Below, in pieces: positions 54,016-64,000 of a stretch of 64,000 nt of DNA; the stretch's first letter is position 1, and each line of letters opens with the position of its first letter. The translations under genes were made by a program, and so were the position numbers. The stretch is from the NCBI GenBank assembly GCA_973895155.1, contig OZ316892.1, positions 22,235,168-22,299,167 of the forward strand, read 5' to 3'. Origin of the DNA: Marsupella aquatica (Eukaryota; Plantae; Marchantiophyta). The notes below the pieces were generated by a model, which saw only the letters and a program-made list of their open reading frames with translations, made no database searches and was not told the origin of the DNA.

Positions 54016-56733
54016 TGTGCGCCCCCTTAAAGGTGTCACACAGGGTTGTTAGTTAATTTTTGAGCTTATTAAGACTTATAGTTACCTCTTTCTATGTAAT
54101 TTCAGTGTAGTTTAAGGCTTTAGGCCTTGGTCAACTTTGAACCTAGAAGATCAAGTGAAAAGTTAATAGTGATAGTTTTAAGGTAGAGTAGCATTTTATG
54201 ATATTTTAATCAAATCTTTGTAGGTCATGAAAAACTCTCAAATTTTGATGAGTAGATAGATTTTAGATAGAGAAATCTACCCAAGAAAATATCAGACAAA
54301 ACGGACATGTCGTTAGGAACTTAGAGTCATTTTTTTTTTGCATATTAACACTTTGGTTCTTTGACACTTAGAATAGTTTTCTGTTTTTACAACTTTATAC
54401 TAAATTAGCATCTTTGGGTATTTTATTGGTAGACTTAGATTAGTCCAAAAAGTCTGAGTTTTTGTCAGGTAATAGATTATAGGTAGAGGAAACGCATTGG
54501 CAAAATTTCAGCACAAACGGAGTTCAGGTTAGATTTTTAAAAATCACAAGAAATAGGTGTCTAGTAGTTTTGCCACAAAATCACTAGGCCGCTAAGCCGT
54601 TTGGCCGTTTTGTTACGAGTTAACCAGGGGGGTACTCATGAGTGAAAAGAGGGGTACTCCTAAAGATGGTACTCTCATGTGGATGAGGGTAGTCAAAAGA
54701 AGAGGAAAGAAGAGGTAGATGAATCAAAGGAGTAAAGAAAGAAATAGGAAATTACTTAGTTGGTGATAAGATTGATTGAGATACGGAGTTAGGTAGGAGT
54801 GAAGACTCCATCAACAATTGATTGATGAGATATGGTGGATTAGGTGATCATCAGTTGCAAGAAATGAAGTGAAGCAATCGTGGCCTGGAAAGACAAGTCG
54901 AATTGGAGAGATAATGTCGAATCACAAGTTGTCGAAGTCAAAATCGCGGAAAACTCGTGGTAAGAAAAATCAGCGACACCAAATATTTTGTGGAGCCACA
55001 TTCGCTTGACCAAATTGGCTGATATTTTTTGTGGAGGTAGAAGGGAAGTAGGCGCACCTTCTGGAAAATTATGAGCACCAACCGAGGTCTGGTTGGTGAG
55101 AGAAAAATCAGATGCCGGAGGGGGGTCTGCAGCTTCCAACTTTTCTGCGCGAAATTCGATTCTATGATTTGAAGCACATGGACGAGGATTGAATGGAAGT
55201 AGGAGCTTGATTAGGAGCTAGTAAGAAAGGGGAACACTCAGCCCATGGTGAGGATTGGATTGGAGTGGATTGGAGTGGCTGAAAAGTATTTAAGGATTGT
55301 AGTTTCTTGTGTGGAGGGACAGATGCTTGGTTGCTTAGTGAAAACTTCATCCACATGGAGTGGAAACTAAGATCCACAAACATTTGATCCCATAATTGGA
55401 TAGTTGTAGAGAAGTGAGGAGAAGGACCCTGGATAGAGGTTCTATTTCTACCAGGAAAATTTATGATGTTACATAAAGTCTCTTTTTCTTGCATCATTCT
55501 TTGCTATGACTCCAATTCTGTAGTTGGCATGAGAACTAAGCTTTAGAAGGATTGAGTACCTGGATGTTACCTTGTACCCAATCTAATTGATTTTCTTGGA
55601 GGTTCAGTGAGGAGAGAATATTGTGTTGTGATTTCAGGTTTTCCCTGGTTCGGGCAATATACCTGGGCAGCATATTGGCGATTCCTTATGATGCTTTGGT
55701 GTCTCTAGCTGTGGACTTTTGGCAAAACGATTATAGATTTTCCCTGGTCGTTGTGTTTGGAACACTTTAGTAAATCTGAAAGTGCAACCTTCTCACCATG
55801 TGTGGTTTGCTGTCCTGATTTGGCTGTTTTGTTGGCCGGAGTTAGTAGACACCCCCAGGAGTGACAATCTGAATCTTCAGAGCTGGGAAGTGACAAGAAG
55901 TACTGATCTGGTCAAGGGCTACTGAAACTTGGGTGCTTGAGATTGGGTTGCAATCAGGTACAATGGGCTCAGCCCCTAGTTTTGTTTCGCAAACCAATTG
56001 ATGGTAGGAGGAGCTGATGTGACCCCAGCAACATGGTTTGTTCCAGTGAGCTTTTAGCAGGGTGATTTCTTACAGGTTTTCCCTGGTCACCTTGTGTAAA
56101 GAACTTTAGTAAATTTGGCACTCTCATGAGGAGGGGTCCTTGTGGAGAGTTAGGTCTTGTTGTTTTGTCGTTGTAGTCTATTGTTTTGAAGTGGAGAAAA
56201 CTCTCCAGCCTCTTGGAAGATAGAGGTGGGGTTTTGTTTGGTTTCTAAAAGGTTCGTTCATCCGTCTTCCGCTTGCGGTCCCACCCTAAGCTATTCCATG
56301 GGAACGAACTGGTAGAGATATCAATATCTTTGCTTGGGTTGTGTGCTACCCGTGAGTTACCCTCCACGACAGTTCCTGCTCTTCTTCAGTCGTCCCACTC
56401 ACGGTAAACTCTCCTGTGCAACCCTGTTATCGTGTCTACTAGATTGCGTTGGTGTTTTGAGGCAGTGAGCGTTTAGGCAACATGTTTTTGTGAGCATTTG
56501 CGACAATGATTTGCCGTGAACGTTGGTGATTCTCTCAGGTTTTTCTCTTGGCTCCCCCTTTTTCTTGATATGTCAAATCCATTTTTAGATGAATCAAATG
56601 TGTGAGAGGCTGGACCCCGCGTATCCTTGAAAACTGGCTCTCTCGGCGGGGCTCGCTGAGATCTTGTCAGGTTTATAGGTTGAGCTATTGCCGAGTAATA
56701 ACTCTTTCATTTCTCATGTAATCTAAGGTCAAA

Positions 56734-59700
56734 ATGCCGAAGAGGAAAGACTTGACTGGAGCTGGACCTGCCGACAGCCAAACTTCTCAGCGGAGTAAGA
56801 AACCACGATCCAAGTCTCCTTCGCCAGTCACGTCTCGACTGACGCGCTCACAGGGTGGTCCACTTATGGAGTCAGTCGACTCCAGGAGGAAGTTTGAGCC
56901 AAAGCAGATATCATTTGAGCCTATTGGAGCGGCGGAATTGGCTGATATTGCTGAGAAGGGAGCCTGGGAGTCTATCGTCTCCAAGTATGAGACAAAGTTT
57001 AGTAAGGATCCGCCCTGGATCCCCTTGTGCCGGCTCATGCCAATGGAGGCAGTGAGGAATCTTCAGGATGAGTCGGTTGCAAAATTAAAAAAAGGATTCA
57101 AAGAGAGCAGCTATGTTGTGAAGCTCAGCGAGTTCCATATTACTGAGTTCAATGAAATTGGAGAAACGCAGACAGTGACAGACTTCAAGCCATTTTGGGA
57201 CCCTTTATGGACTCAGCTCAATGAACAATTTGAGCAAGAGTGCGATGCATCAGAGGAGTTCAAAGTCCTTAAGGACAAGATGTTCTGGGTTTTTGATGGA
57301 AACCACAGATACACAGCCTGGTCCGCAGTTGCTTCTGAGTATCCGGATCAATTGCAATACCATCCGTGCATCAGATTCTCTCTTTTGAACGCTGGGAAGG
57401 ACGGATTCAAGAAGGTTGAGCAAGCAATGCACGCTCTCAACTCGTAAGGACTCTCATTCGCGTCTTTTTGCAAAATGTGATTACCTGTTTGTGTAAACCT
57501 TGTGTGCCATCTTGGAGAGCCTCTCTGAAATTGCCACTATGAGTACTATTTGTCATTTTCAGGATAAGTGCGACTGTCGTGAAGACGTCCTGGTTTAATG
57601 ACGCTGATCGGGTTGCAAAGCTATTGAACACTCCATTGGAGGAGTACAGTTTGCTCATGTCAAAGGAGACAATGGAGGCTTTCATGAAGGCCCGAAATTG
57701 AGGACATGGGAAGACTTGGTACTCGAAGAATATGACAAAATAAGCCGCTGTGTACATCATGTCTTGGTCAAACATTGAAGCGGGACGAATCAATATCTCC
57801 AAGGAGATGGCACAAGATGCACCTCGTGGGCACCCGTGGAGTGTGAAGAGAACTGAGGAGGAGACGGAGGCAATGATTATTGTTGCATGCAAGGCCTGGG
57901 ACAACAAGTTCCCCAAGCTTGCGGCCTGCGTGAATCCGGCCAATCAGTTCATGCCGGTATGTCGGCAGCAGTATCACAAGTTGTCAAAGGACGCCAAGCA
58001 GGGTGTGATGAATGTACAGGTTGGCTTGGACAGGGTCCGCTTGTTTGCTGGGGCTTGGGTAACTGCAGAGTGCAGAGTAAAGCTATTGAAAGCTCATTTT
58101 GGAATGGAGGAGGAGAAGAGTATGTATCACCATCCACGTAGCAATGGTGATGCTGCAATTAGATCCTGGTTAGCAGTCTGGTCAATGTGGTGTTACATTG
58201 ACCACGTTGGTTGTGTGATTTTGACCGATTTTGCTGCAAAGGCCTACCAAAGACAGATGTACCGTGAGTTTTCCGGGACAGAGGAGGAATTTGCAGAGCT
58301 ATACAGAAGGCTTTATCGAGCTTATGTGCAAGAGAAATCACTGAAACTAGGCGGGGAAATTTGGATTGACGGAAAGGCCACGGTCCTGTTAAAAGAATTG
58401 TGGAAAAAGCGAACAAAGAGGTGCGTGACAAGATTTCTAATCAATCAGGAGAACATGAATGCATCCGTATTGAAAGAGCTACCATGGGCACTCACATCTT
58501 GGATGGAGCCGAAAGGGAGCCTTAGCATGTATCCATGTGATGGCCAAATTCCTAATGGCAGAGTAGTCTGCGATTGGGAACGTCAAAACTGCCCATGGTA
58601 TATGGAATACCGTGACTGGAATACTTTTATCGATGACGCTGAGAAGGAGTGTGCAATGAAGCTGAAGGACCAATAGGAGCCTACAAATTACTACGATATA
58701 TCCAAGCTGCGACAATTGACGGACTCTATGCCCCACGCAATAGCGTTGGAGGCCATAATCCCAATGGACCCAGCCTATGATGGGAAAAAGGCCCGAAAGG
58801 AAGGAGGCAAGAAGAAGGTCGACAAGGAACAATCCGTTGAGGCCAGTCAGTCAGATTCTATAAGCACTCCAACAAAGACCCCATCAGGTATTACTCAATT
58901 CCTTTCGAATCAGGTGGTGGCTTGCATTGGAAAAAACCTTGGCTGGGTTGGCGAGGCTCGCCGAGATTAAGTGTCCGGTCCAGTCTAGATGTCGGCGAGG
59001 CTCTCCAAGATTAAGTGTCTGGTCCAGTCCAGATGTCGGCGAGGCTCTCCGAGATTGAGTGTTTGGTCCAGTCCAGATGTCGGCGAGGCTCGCTGAGATG
59101 AAGTATTAGTTGAGTAATAAGTTGCTTGCATATAATGAACCCGATCTTGGCGAGGCTCGCCGAGATGCAGTTGCCATCATGAAGCTCATCAATTTGCATC
59201 CTATGCAGGTCATGCAGAGATCCAAACAGAACCTGGTTCTATCAAGAGCAAGGGTGTAGAGCCGGCTACAAAGGCAGCAGTTGAGGACGGTCCAGGGGTT
59301 TTGCAGGGTCTAGGGCACAAGGATAAACAACCAATAGTTGAGTTGGGTCCAGACGAGGCTCCACTACAAGAATTTGACTTGCCTCCGCATGAGGCTCCTG
59401 AAGTACAAGATGAATTGGCTGACGAGCAGCAAGTTGAGGATGATGTCAGTGGGTGAGCAAGAGGAAGAGGAGCGAGAGGAAGAGGACAAAGGACAATCCG
59501 GAGACAAAGGGCGCTTGTCTGATATCTCTCCTGTGCCTTACCGGCCACCATTACTGTCACGGCAAAAGGAAAAGGCCTTAAAAAGAAAGCAAACTAGGCG
59601 ACCCAGAGCTCCCAAAGGGAGCCCAAGCAAAGCACGTGACGAGGAATTTCCTCCTCTTCCTTCCCCCACTGAGTCGCCTCCCCTGCCCAGCACTGGAGAG

Positions 59701-60820
59701 GTTCCGCCCACAACCATCCAACCTGACCCCACATTGGAAAATGAGGAGGATGAAGAGGCCCTTGGAGAAGAGGATAATACAGAGCTGGAAGGAGTAAGGC
59801 GTCCTTATGCCAATACCATGTCTTCCCAGAGCAGACATATGTATTTTAGGTGGTCTCCAAATCTATTTACAACTTTTTTTGATGCGGCTAAAGAAGGTAC
59901 CGAACCCCCTGTAGTTAGTAAATTGATCTCATGGTGCAGAAAGCTATTGCGGGAAGGTTTGCGTCAAAATTCCTGGAGAAAAGGGGGGAAGCGAGTGAAG
60001 ACTGGTGCAGATTTAATTCTGATACATATGGGAACAGACACGCGTATGGTCGAGGGTAAGTCCACCCCGTTGTGGAATTCGTTCCGGGAGGACGACTTGA
60101 ACCGGGTTTAGGAGTTTGCTCGAGATGTCATTGATTCCGAAGGACTGTTTGCCATCGTGCACAGTGGTTCACTTCGGCACTCAACTTGCATTTATGATGC
60201 ATTAGTTTACGAGAATACCAACTGGGGGTTGAAAGAAAGCTTCTTTATCTGGAACGACACACCCACCTACGATGGTAGGACTGGGAAGCGAGTAAGTCCC
60301 ATCAATTACCTACTTCTTCATTTATTTTTTATTCCAATGACTTACTATCCTAAACTGAGGAAGTCTGACCTCTGAATATGTTTGGCCAATCCAGAGCGAA
60401 TATCTCAAGCTAGACCTATGGGGGTTTCAATCTGCTGTGGAGATATGCCCAAAGGACGATGTGGCACCAACAAACTATACATCCAAGAAGAATCAGGTTA
60501 ACGATCCTTTTGCGGGCACATTGTCGCCAGCAACGCTCCAATGTATCATCGAATATACAACACACCCTGGGGCAACTATCCTCACTTTCAACGCACAGTT
60601 TGGGGCAATATTCAAGGTGGGTGAAAATTGCGGGCGGATGGTGTTTGGGACTGAATCCTATCCTCACTTCGGAACTTGTGCGCAAGACCAACTGGCACAA
60701 CTGGTTGGAGTGATCTCCCCGGAGGAGGAAGAGGTGGTCCGTTCAAAAGCCAATCCAGAAAAGCGCAAGAAGAAAAAGCCGGTAGTACTCCCAACAACAT
60801 GTAATTTTTCTGGCGTTTGA
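56734..60820 (+). pseudogene. Multi-exon gene: ParB/Srx-like N-terminal domain plus a degenerate beta-class N6A/N4C DNA-methyltransferase-like domain
   Basis: FWVFDGNHRYTAW (ParB DGxHR motif); ADLILIH..EFARDVIDSEG..IWND..SEYL..LQCIIEYTTHPGATIL..CGRMVFGTE; GT-AG introns; several stops and one frameshift. Confidence 0.65.
58950..59165 (+). repeat. Intronic ~43-bp tandem repeat with a GGCGAGGCTCGCCGAG core, ~4 copies
   Basis: Directly visible. Confidence 0.85.
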
Positions 60821-61019
60821 CGTTGTTCATTTCATATTTGCTTGCTCGTCGCAATAGTTGACAATAGAGGGATACAAGTCAGCGGCCTCGCTGATATGTA
60901 TGCATGTCGGCTAACCTCGCTGACATTCATAGTGTGTGGCCTCCTCTACAAGCGAGGGCAAGTCCTAACTTGAGATGCATGTTGGCGGACCTCGCCAAGA
61001 TTCATTCCTCTACATGCAA

Positions 61020-61300
61020 CTCAGGAAGAGTCATCTTGGCGGGCCTCTCCAAGATCCGTCTCAGGAAGAGTGATCTTGGCTGGCCTATCCAAGATCCGTC
61101 TCAGGAAGAGTCAATCTCGGCTGGCCTCTTTGAGATCCGTCTCAGGAACAGTCATCTCGGCTAGCCTCTCCGAGATCCGTCTCAGGAAGTCATCTCGGTT
61201 GGCGTCTCCAAGATCTGTCTCAGGAATAGTCAATCTTGGCTGGCCTCTCCGAGATCCGTCTCAGGAAGAGTGATCTCGGCTGGCCTCTCCGAGATCCGTC
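61020..61300 (+). repeat. Intronic ~40-bp tandem repeat (CTCGGCTGGCCTCTCCGAGATCCGTCTCAGGAAGAGTCAT), ~7 copies
   Basis: Directly visible. Confidence 0.9.
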
Positions 61301-61714
61301 GATCCATGTCGACTACCTTCCCCGACAGATGCCTTCTTGTTTACGTCTATTTTGGGCGCAATACATTATTTGATTGGATTTAAGTATAACTTAGTAGCAG
61401 TTCCCGACAGGACTACCGAGTCAGCTACAGCGGAATGGGACAGCCAGGACAGACGGCTTGTCAAGCTCGCGTGGGAGGAAGCTTCGGCATATTTCTCGTC
61501 GGAGAAGTTAACCCTTCCGTGCTACGCTGCTGATACCTATCATGAAGAAATAGTGCCTCGCTGTGTAAAAGAGAGAAAAAGGAAAACTCTCAAATTTGTC
61601 GATGATAGGGCAAAAGAAGCTCAATCGGATGAGAGTAGCTTGGTAGGAAGTGACAGTCTCCAAACTCACCATGTAAGTATAAGATTATCAAGCTCCAGTT
61701 CCAAAGAGTAATGT

Positions 61715-62518
61715 TTGAATGAATTTACCTTCATTGCAGCTCAGGAGAGACCTGAGCAACCAGTGAATGAGGGGCTGACTCCCCGGGCAGGAGTGAAAGA
61801 GGTGGGGCTTGCAAATAAAGGAGTGCCCGCACAACAGCAACCATCCAAATTTTTGGCAATAGTGAAGAAGGCATTGGACCCCAAGGCGGACCAAAAAGAG
61901 GTCATAGTGACAATCGAGGACGTGCACTTGACGAGGGCACATTTAAAATGCTTGAGGCCAAAAAAATGGATCACTTGTGACGTCATCAATGCTTACATTG
62001 CTTTACTGGAACGAAGAGCACAAACCCTTCATAAACCCAAGGCCATGTTATTGCCAAAACATTTTTCCCAAGTGATGACAACTCCGGAATATAACTTCAA
62101 CACAGCATTGGCATATTGGCGGGGCATTCAAATGTGGGAGCACAAGTACGTTTTAATCCCCGTCTACCGGCCAAAACACTGGGTACTAGTTGTGGTTGAT
62201 ACTGCCTTGCGGCAACTGCATTTACTTGATCCGCTTGTGCCCGAAGCACAGGATGGCACAGAAGTGTTCAAAGTAGCTCAGTTTCTTTCGGACCTCTCCA
62301 TCTTGCGGGGTCGTACCTTGTTATGTCCATTAGAATGGCCACGCATTTACCGAGATAACATTCCAGGTCAAGGGGATGATTACAATTGTGGTGTATATAT
62401 CATTATCTACATGGAGCGTATTTTTGGAGGCGGCGTACTGAACTTTGACCCTGCACTTATATACATCATGCGGCAAAAGATTGTCGTGGACCTTGTCTGC
62501 CAGACAATTACCCTGTAG
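61715..62518 (+). CDS. Ulp1-like SUMO protease (peptidase C48) domain exon; acceptor at ~61739
   Basis: LKCLRPKKWITCDVINAYI, HWVLVVVD, LLDPL and QGDDYNCGVY; the catalytic His, Asp and Cys and the oxyanion Gln are all present. Confidence 0.9.
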   Translation: MNEFTFIAAQERPEQPVNEGLTPRAGVKEVGLANKGVPAQQQPSKFLAIVKKALDPKADQKEVIVTIEDVHLTRAHLKCLRPKKWITCDVINAYIALLERRAQTLHKPKAMLLPKHFSQVMTTPEYNFNTALAYWRGIQMWEHKYVLIPVYRPKHWVLVVVDTALRQLHLLDPLVPEAQDGTEVFKVAQFLSDLSILRGRTLLCPLEWPRIYRDNIPGQGDDYNCGVYIIIYMERIFGGGVLNFDPALIYIMRQKIVVDLVCQTITL

Positions 62519-62956
62519 AGAGGATGGAAGATGGAGACGCAGCCTAGTGGAATTTAGTTCAGAAAATTGAGATAGACAACATCGTTGTAAAGTTTGGTAC
62601 AAAGCTTAATAAAAAGTGTGTCATCGAAACGTTCTTAATGTGGCTCCTATTTGATATGCTATGTTGTACACGTTGCTGGGTATGTTTTCATCTTGGCGAG
62701 CTCAGCCGAGATGGAACAACACTCCAAGGATATCTCAGAGAGGGCACCAAGATGGTTAGAAAGGGCACCAAGATGGTCAGAGAGGCAGCCGACATTACTA
62801 ATTGTCCGAACCAAAACAATGTCGGAGTGGACGCCGATATAGGGTTTGACTGTGGGTGTGAATTAAGTCCATGTTGGCGGTGTCGCTGAGTTTTGGGCAC
62901 AGACTGATATCAATGACTGATGAAAGTCACTGATAACTGATGAAGTTGTGTACCCC

Positions 62957-64000
62957 CATTTTAAGGCATTTTACCGATTGTATTTCCATCGGACCCCTTT
63001 AGGAAATCCAACGGGGAAATCTCACCTCTCCGATACCAAAAGAATCACATTTTGTGATGTAATTTGTATCGGAAAACGACAATCAGAAACCAATTGGAAC
63101 TACCAATACTAAAACATTAGGGAGTTCTGTCCTCTAAACTGTTGGGAAATACTATGTCCGATGCCCATTTAATTGGATGTCTATTCCGCACATTTTTTGT
63201 TAACGGAGGCGTCCAATTCTAGACCAATAGTATGGGCATGGAAATGCTCGATTGTTTTGACATCGCAAATGTCCGATTGTTTTTGGAACGGAAATTGCGA
63301 TTACAGTGGAATTGGACTTTGCGATACTTTGGGGATGGAAAAGTACGATGATTGTGGCATTGGATATGGATTGGTATCTATCAGAAACTATTTGGCGAGC
63401 TTGGTTGGGCCAATTTTCAATGGGGGGCTAATTGGGAGTTTAATTGGGGTGCAATTTAATTTTTTAACTGAGTTTTTATTTAGGGTTTAGAGAGGGCATT
63501 TAGTTGATGGATGAGAGACTATCCATTTTGATTGCACACTATGTACCTTAAAACCCAACATGACATGGCGTAACTATATCTTATATACAAAAATGAAATA
63601 TCTAGGGCAAAAGTACAAAAAATGGACATCTCCATGCATAGTGCCAGCTATGCTAAAGGCTGGGCATATCAAATGTACATAATGCCCTCCAACTATCCAC
63701 CTCGCTAGCTTGGTACTAGATCTAAATATGTCTACCTAGTCCACTATCCACACAAGTTATGTCGCGTCTTCCTCTTCTTCACACAGGAACGACTAGGCTG
63801 CTCTGCTCTATGATTGAGTCCGGGATTGAGTCTCTACCGCTGACACACTAGGTAGCACATCATGGTCTTGGCTACTTGATCTGCCTCCATCGTCATGTGG
63901 ATGAGGTGCAGAAGCAATCTCTGGTACTCCCCCACCTCCAGATGTGCCTGAACCATGGGAGGGCACTCCTTCCCCGACACAAGTGTGGAAAGAAGCCCCT
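62957..64000. mobile_element. Left part of another CACTA element related to 12100-27927 (terminal CACTAGTA missing)
   Basis: CATTTTAAGGCATTTTACCGAT..CCATCGGAC matches 12108-12146. TCCGAT/ATCGGA repeats are present. The minus-strand ASFHTC...KKRKTRH (63755-64000) matches the C-terminus of ORF 13158-13697. Confidence 0.7.

Noticed and set aside
61020-61300. CRISPR-like array (also considered for 29085-29345, 29881-30000 and 58950-59165)
   Set aside because: Units are contiguous with no unique spacers, there are no cas genes, and the context is eukaryotic.
62903-62946. Hammerhead ribozyme core (CTGATGA at 62917 and 62937)
   Set aside because: No stem II followed by GAAA and no closing stems; it is a short ACTGAT repeat.
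54627-62957. GGGGGTAC...GTACCCCC as TIRs around the ParB/Ulp1 locus
   Set aside because: Only ~10 bp match, no TSD, and GTACCCC occurs at several unrelated places in the window.

Overview
Eukaryotic, transposon-saturated plant DNA, most likely a bryophyte or other early-diverging land plant (inferred from the TE families and intron style). No intact housekeeping gene, rRNA, tRNA or CRISPR array was seen. The window is a nest of elements. (1) The right end of a CACTA element (to 4521) with a ~407-bp tandem array. (2) A broken, intron-containing coiled-coil/RING-H2 gene. It is interrupted by a complete CACTA element (12100-27927, TSD TAA) that carries TnpA-like, SET-domain and TnpD transposase pseudogenes; a 4-kb gene-bearing solo LTR (5730-9736, TSD CAATG) lies just upstream. 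(3) A second copy of that solo LTR in the opposite orientation (23824-27860, TSD TTTAG) with an intact 903-aa ORF. (4) Two decayed LTRs, and inserted into them a young full-length Ty3/gypsy element (37914-53470, TSD TCCAC). Its 4,684-bp LTRs each contain a 1228-codon ORF. It also has a tRNA-Asn PBS, a putative programmed -1 frameshift between protease and RT, and a central copy of its PPT. (5) A multi-exon pseudogene combining ParB-like, degenerate N6/N4 DNA-methyltransferase-like and Ulp1 SUMO-protease domains. (6) The start of another CACTA element. The most striking signal is a set of retrotransposons whose LTRs are promoter-plus-gene cassettes encoding homologous ~900-1130-aa proteins. These LTRs also share a conserved structured motif near their 3' ends.
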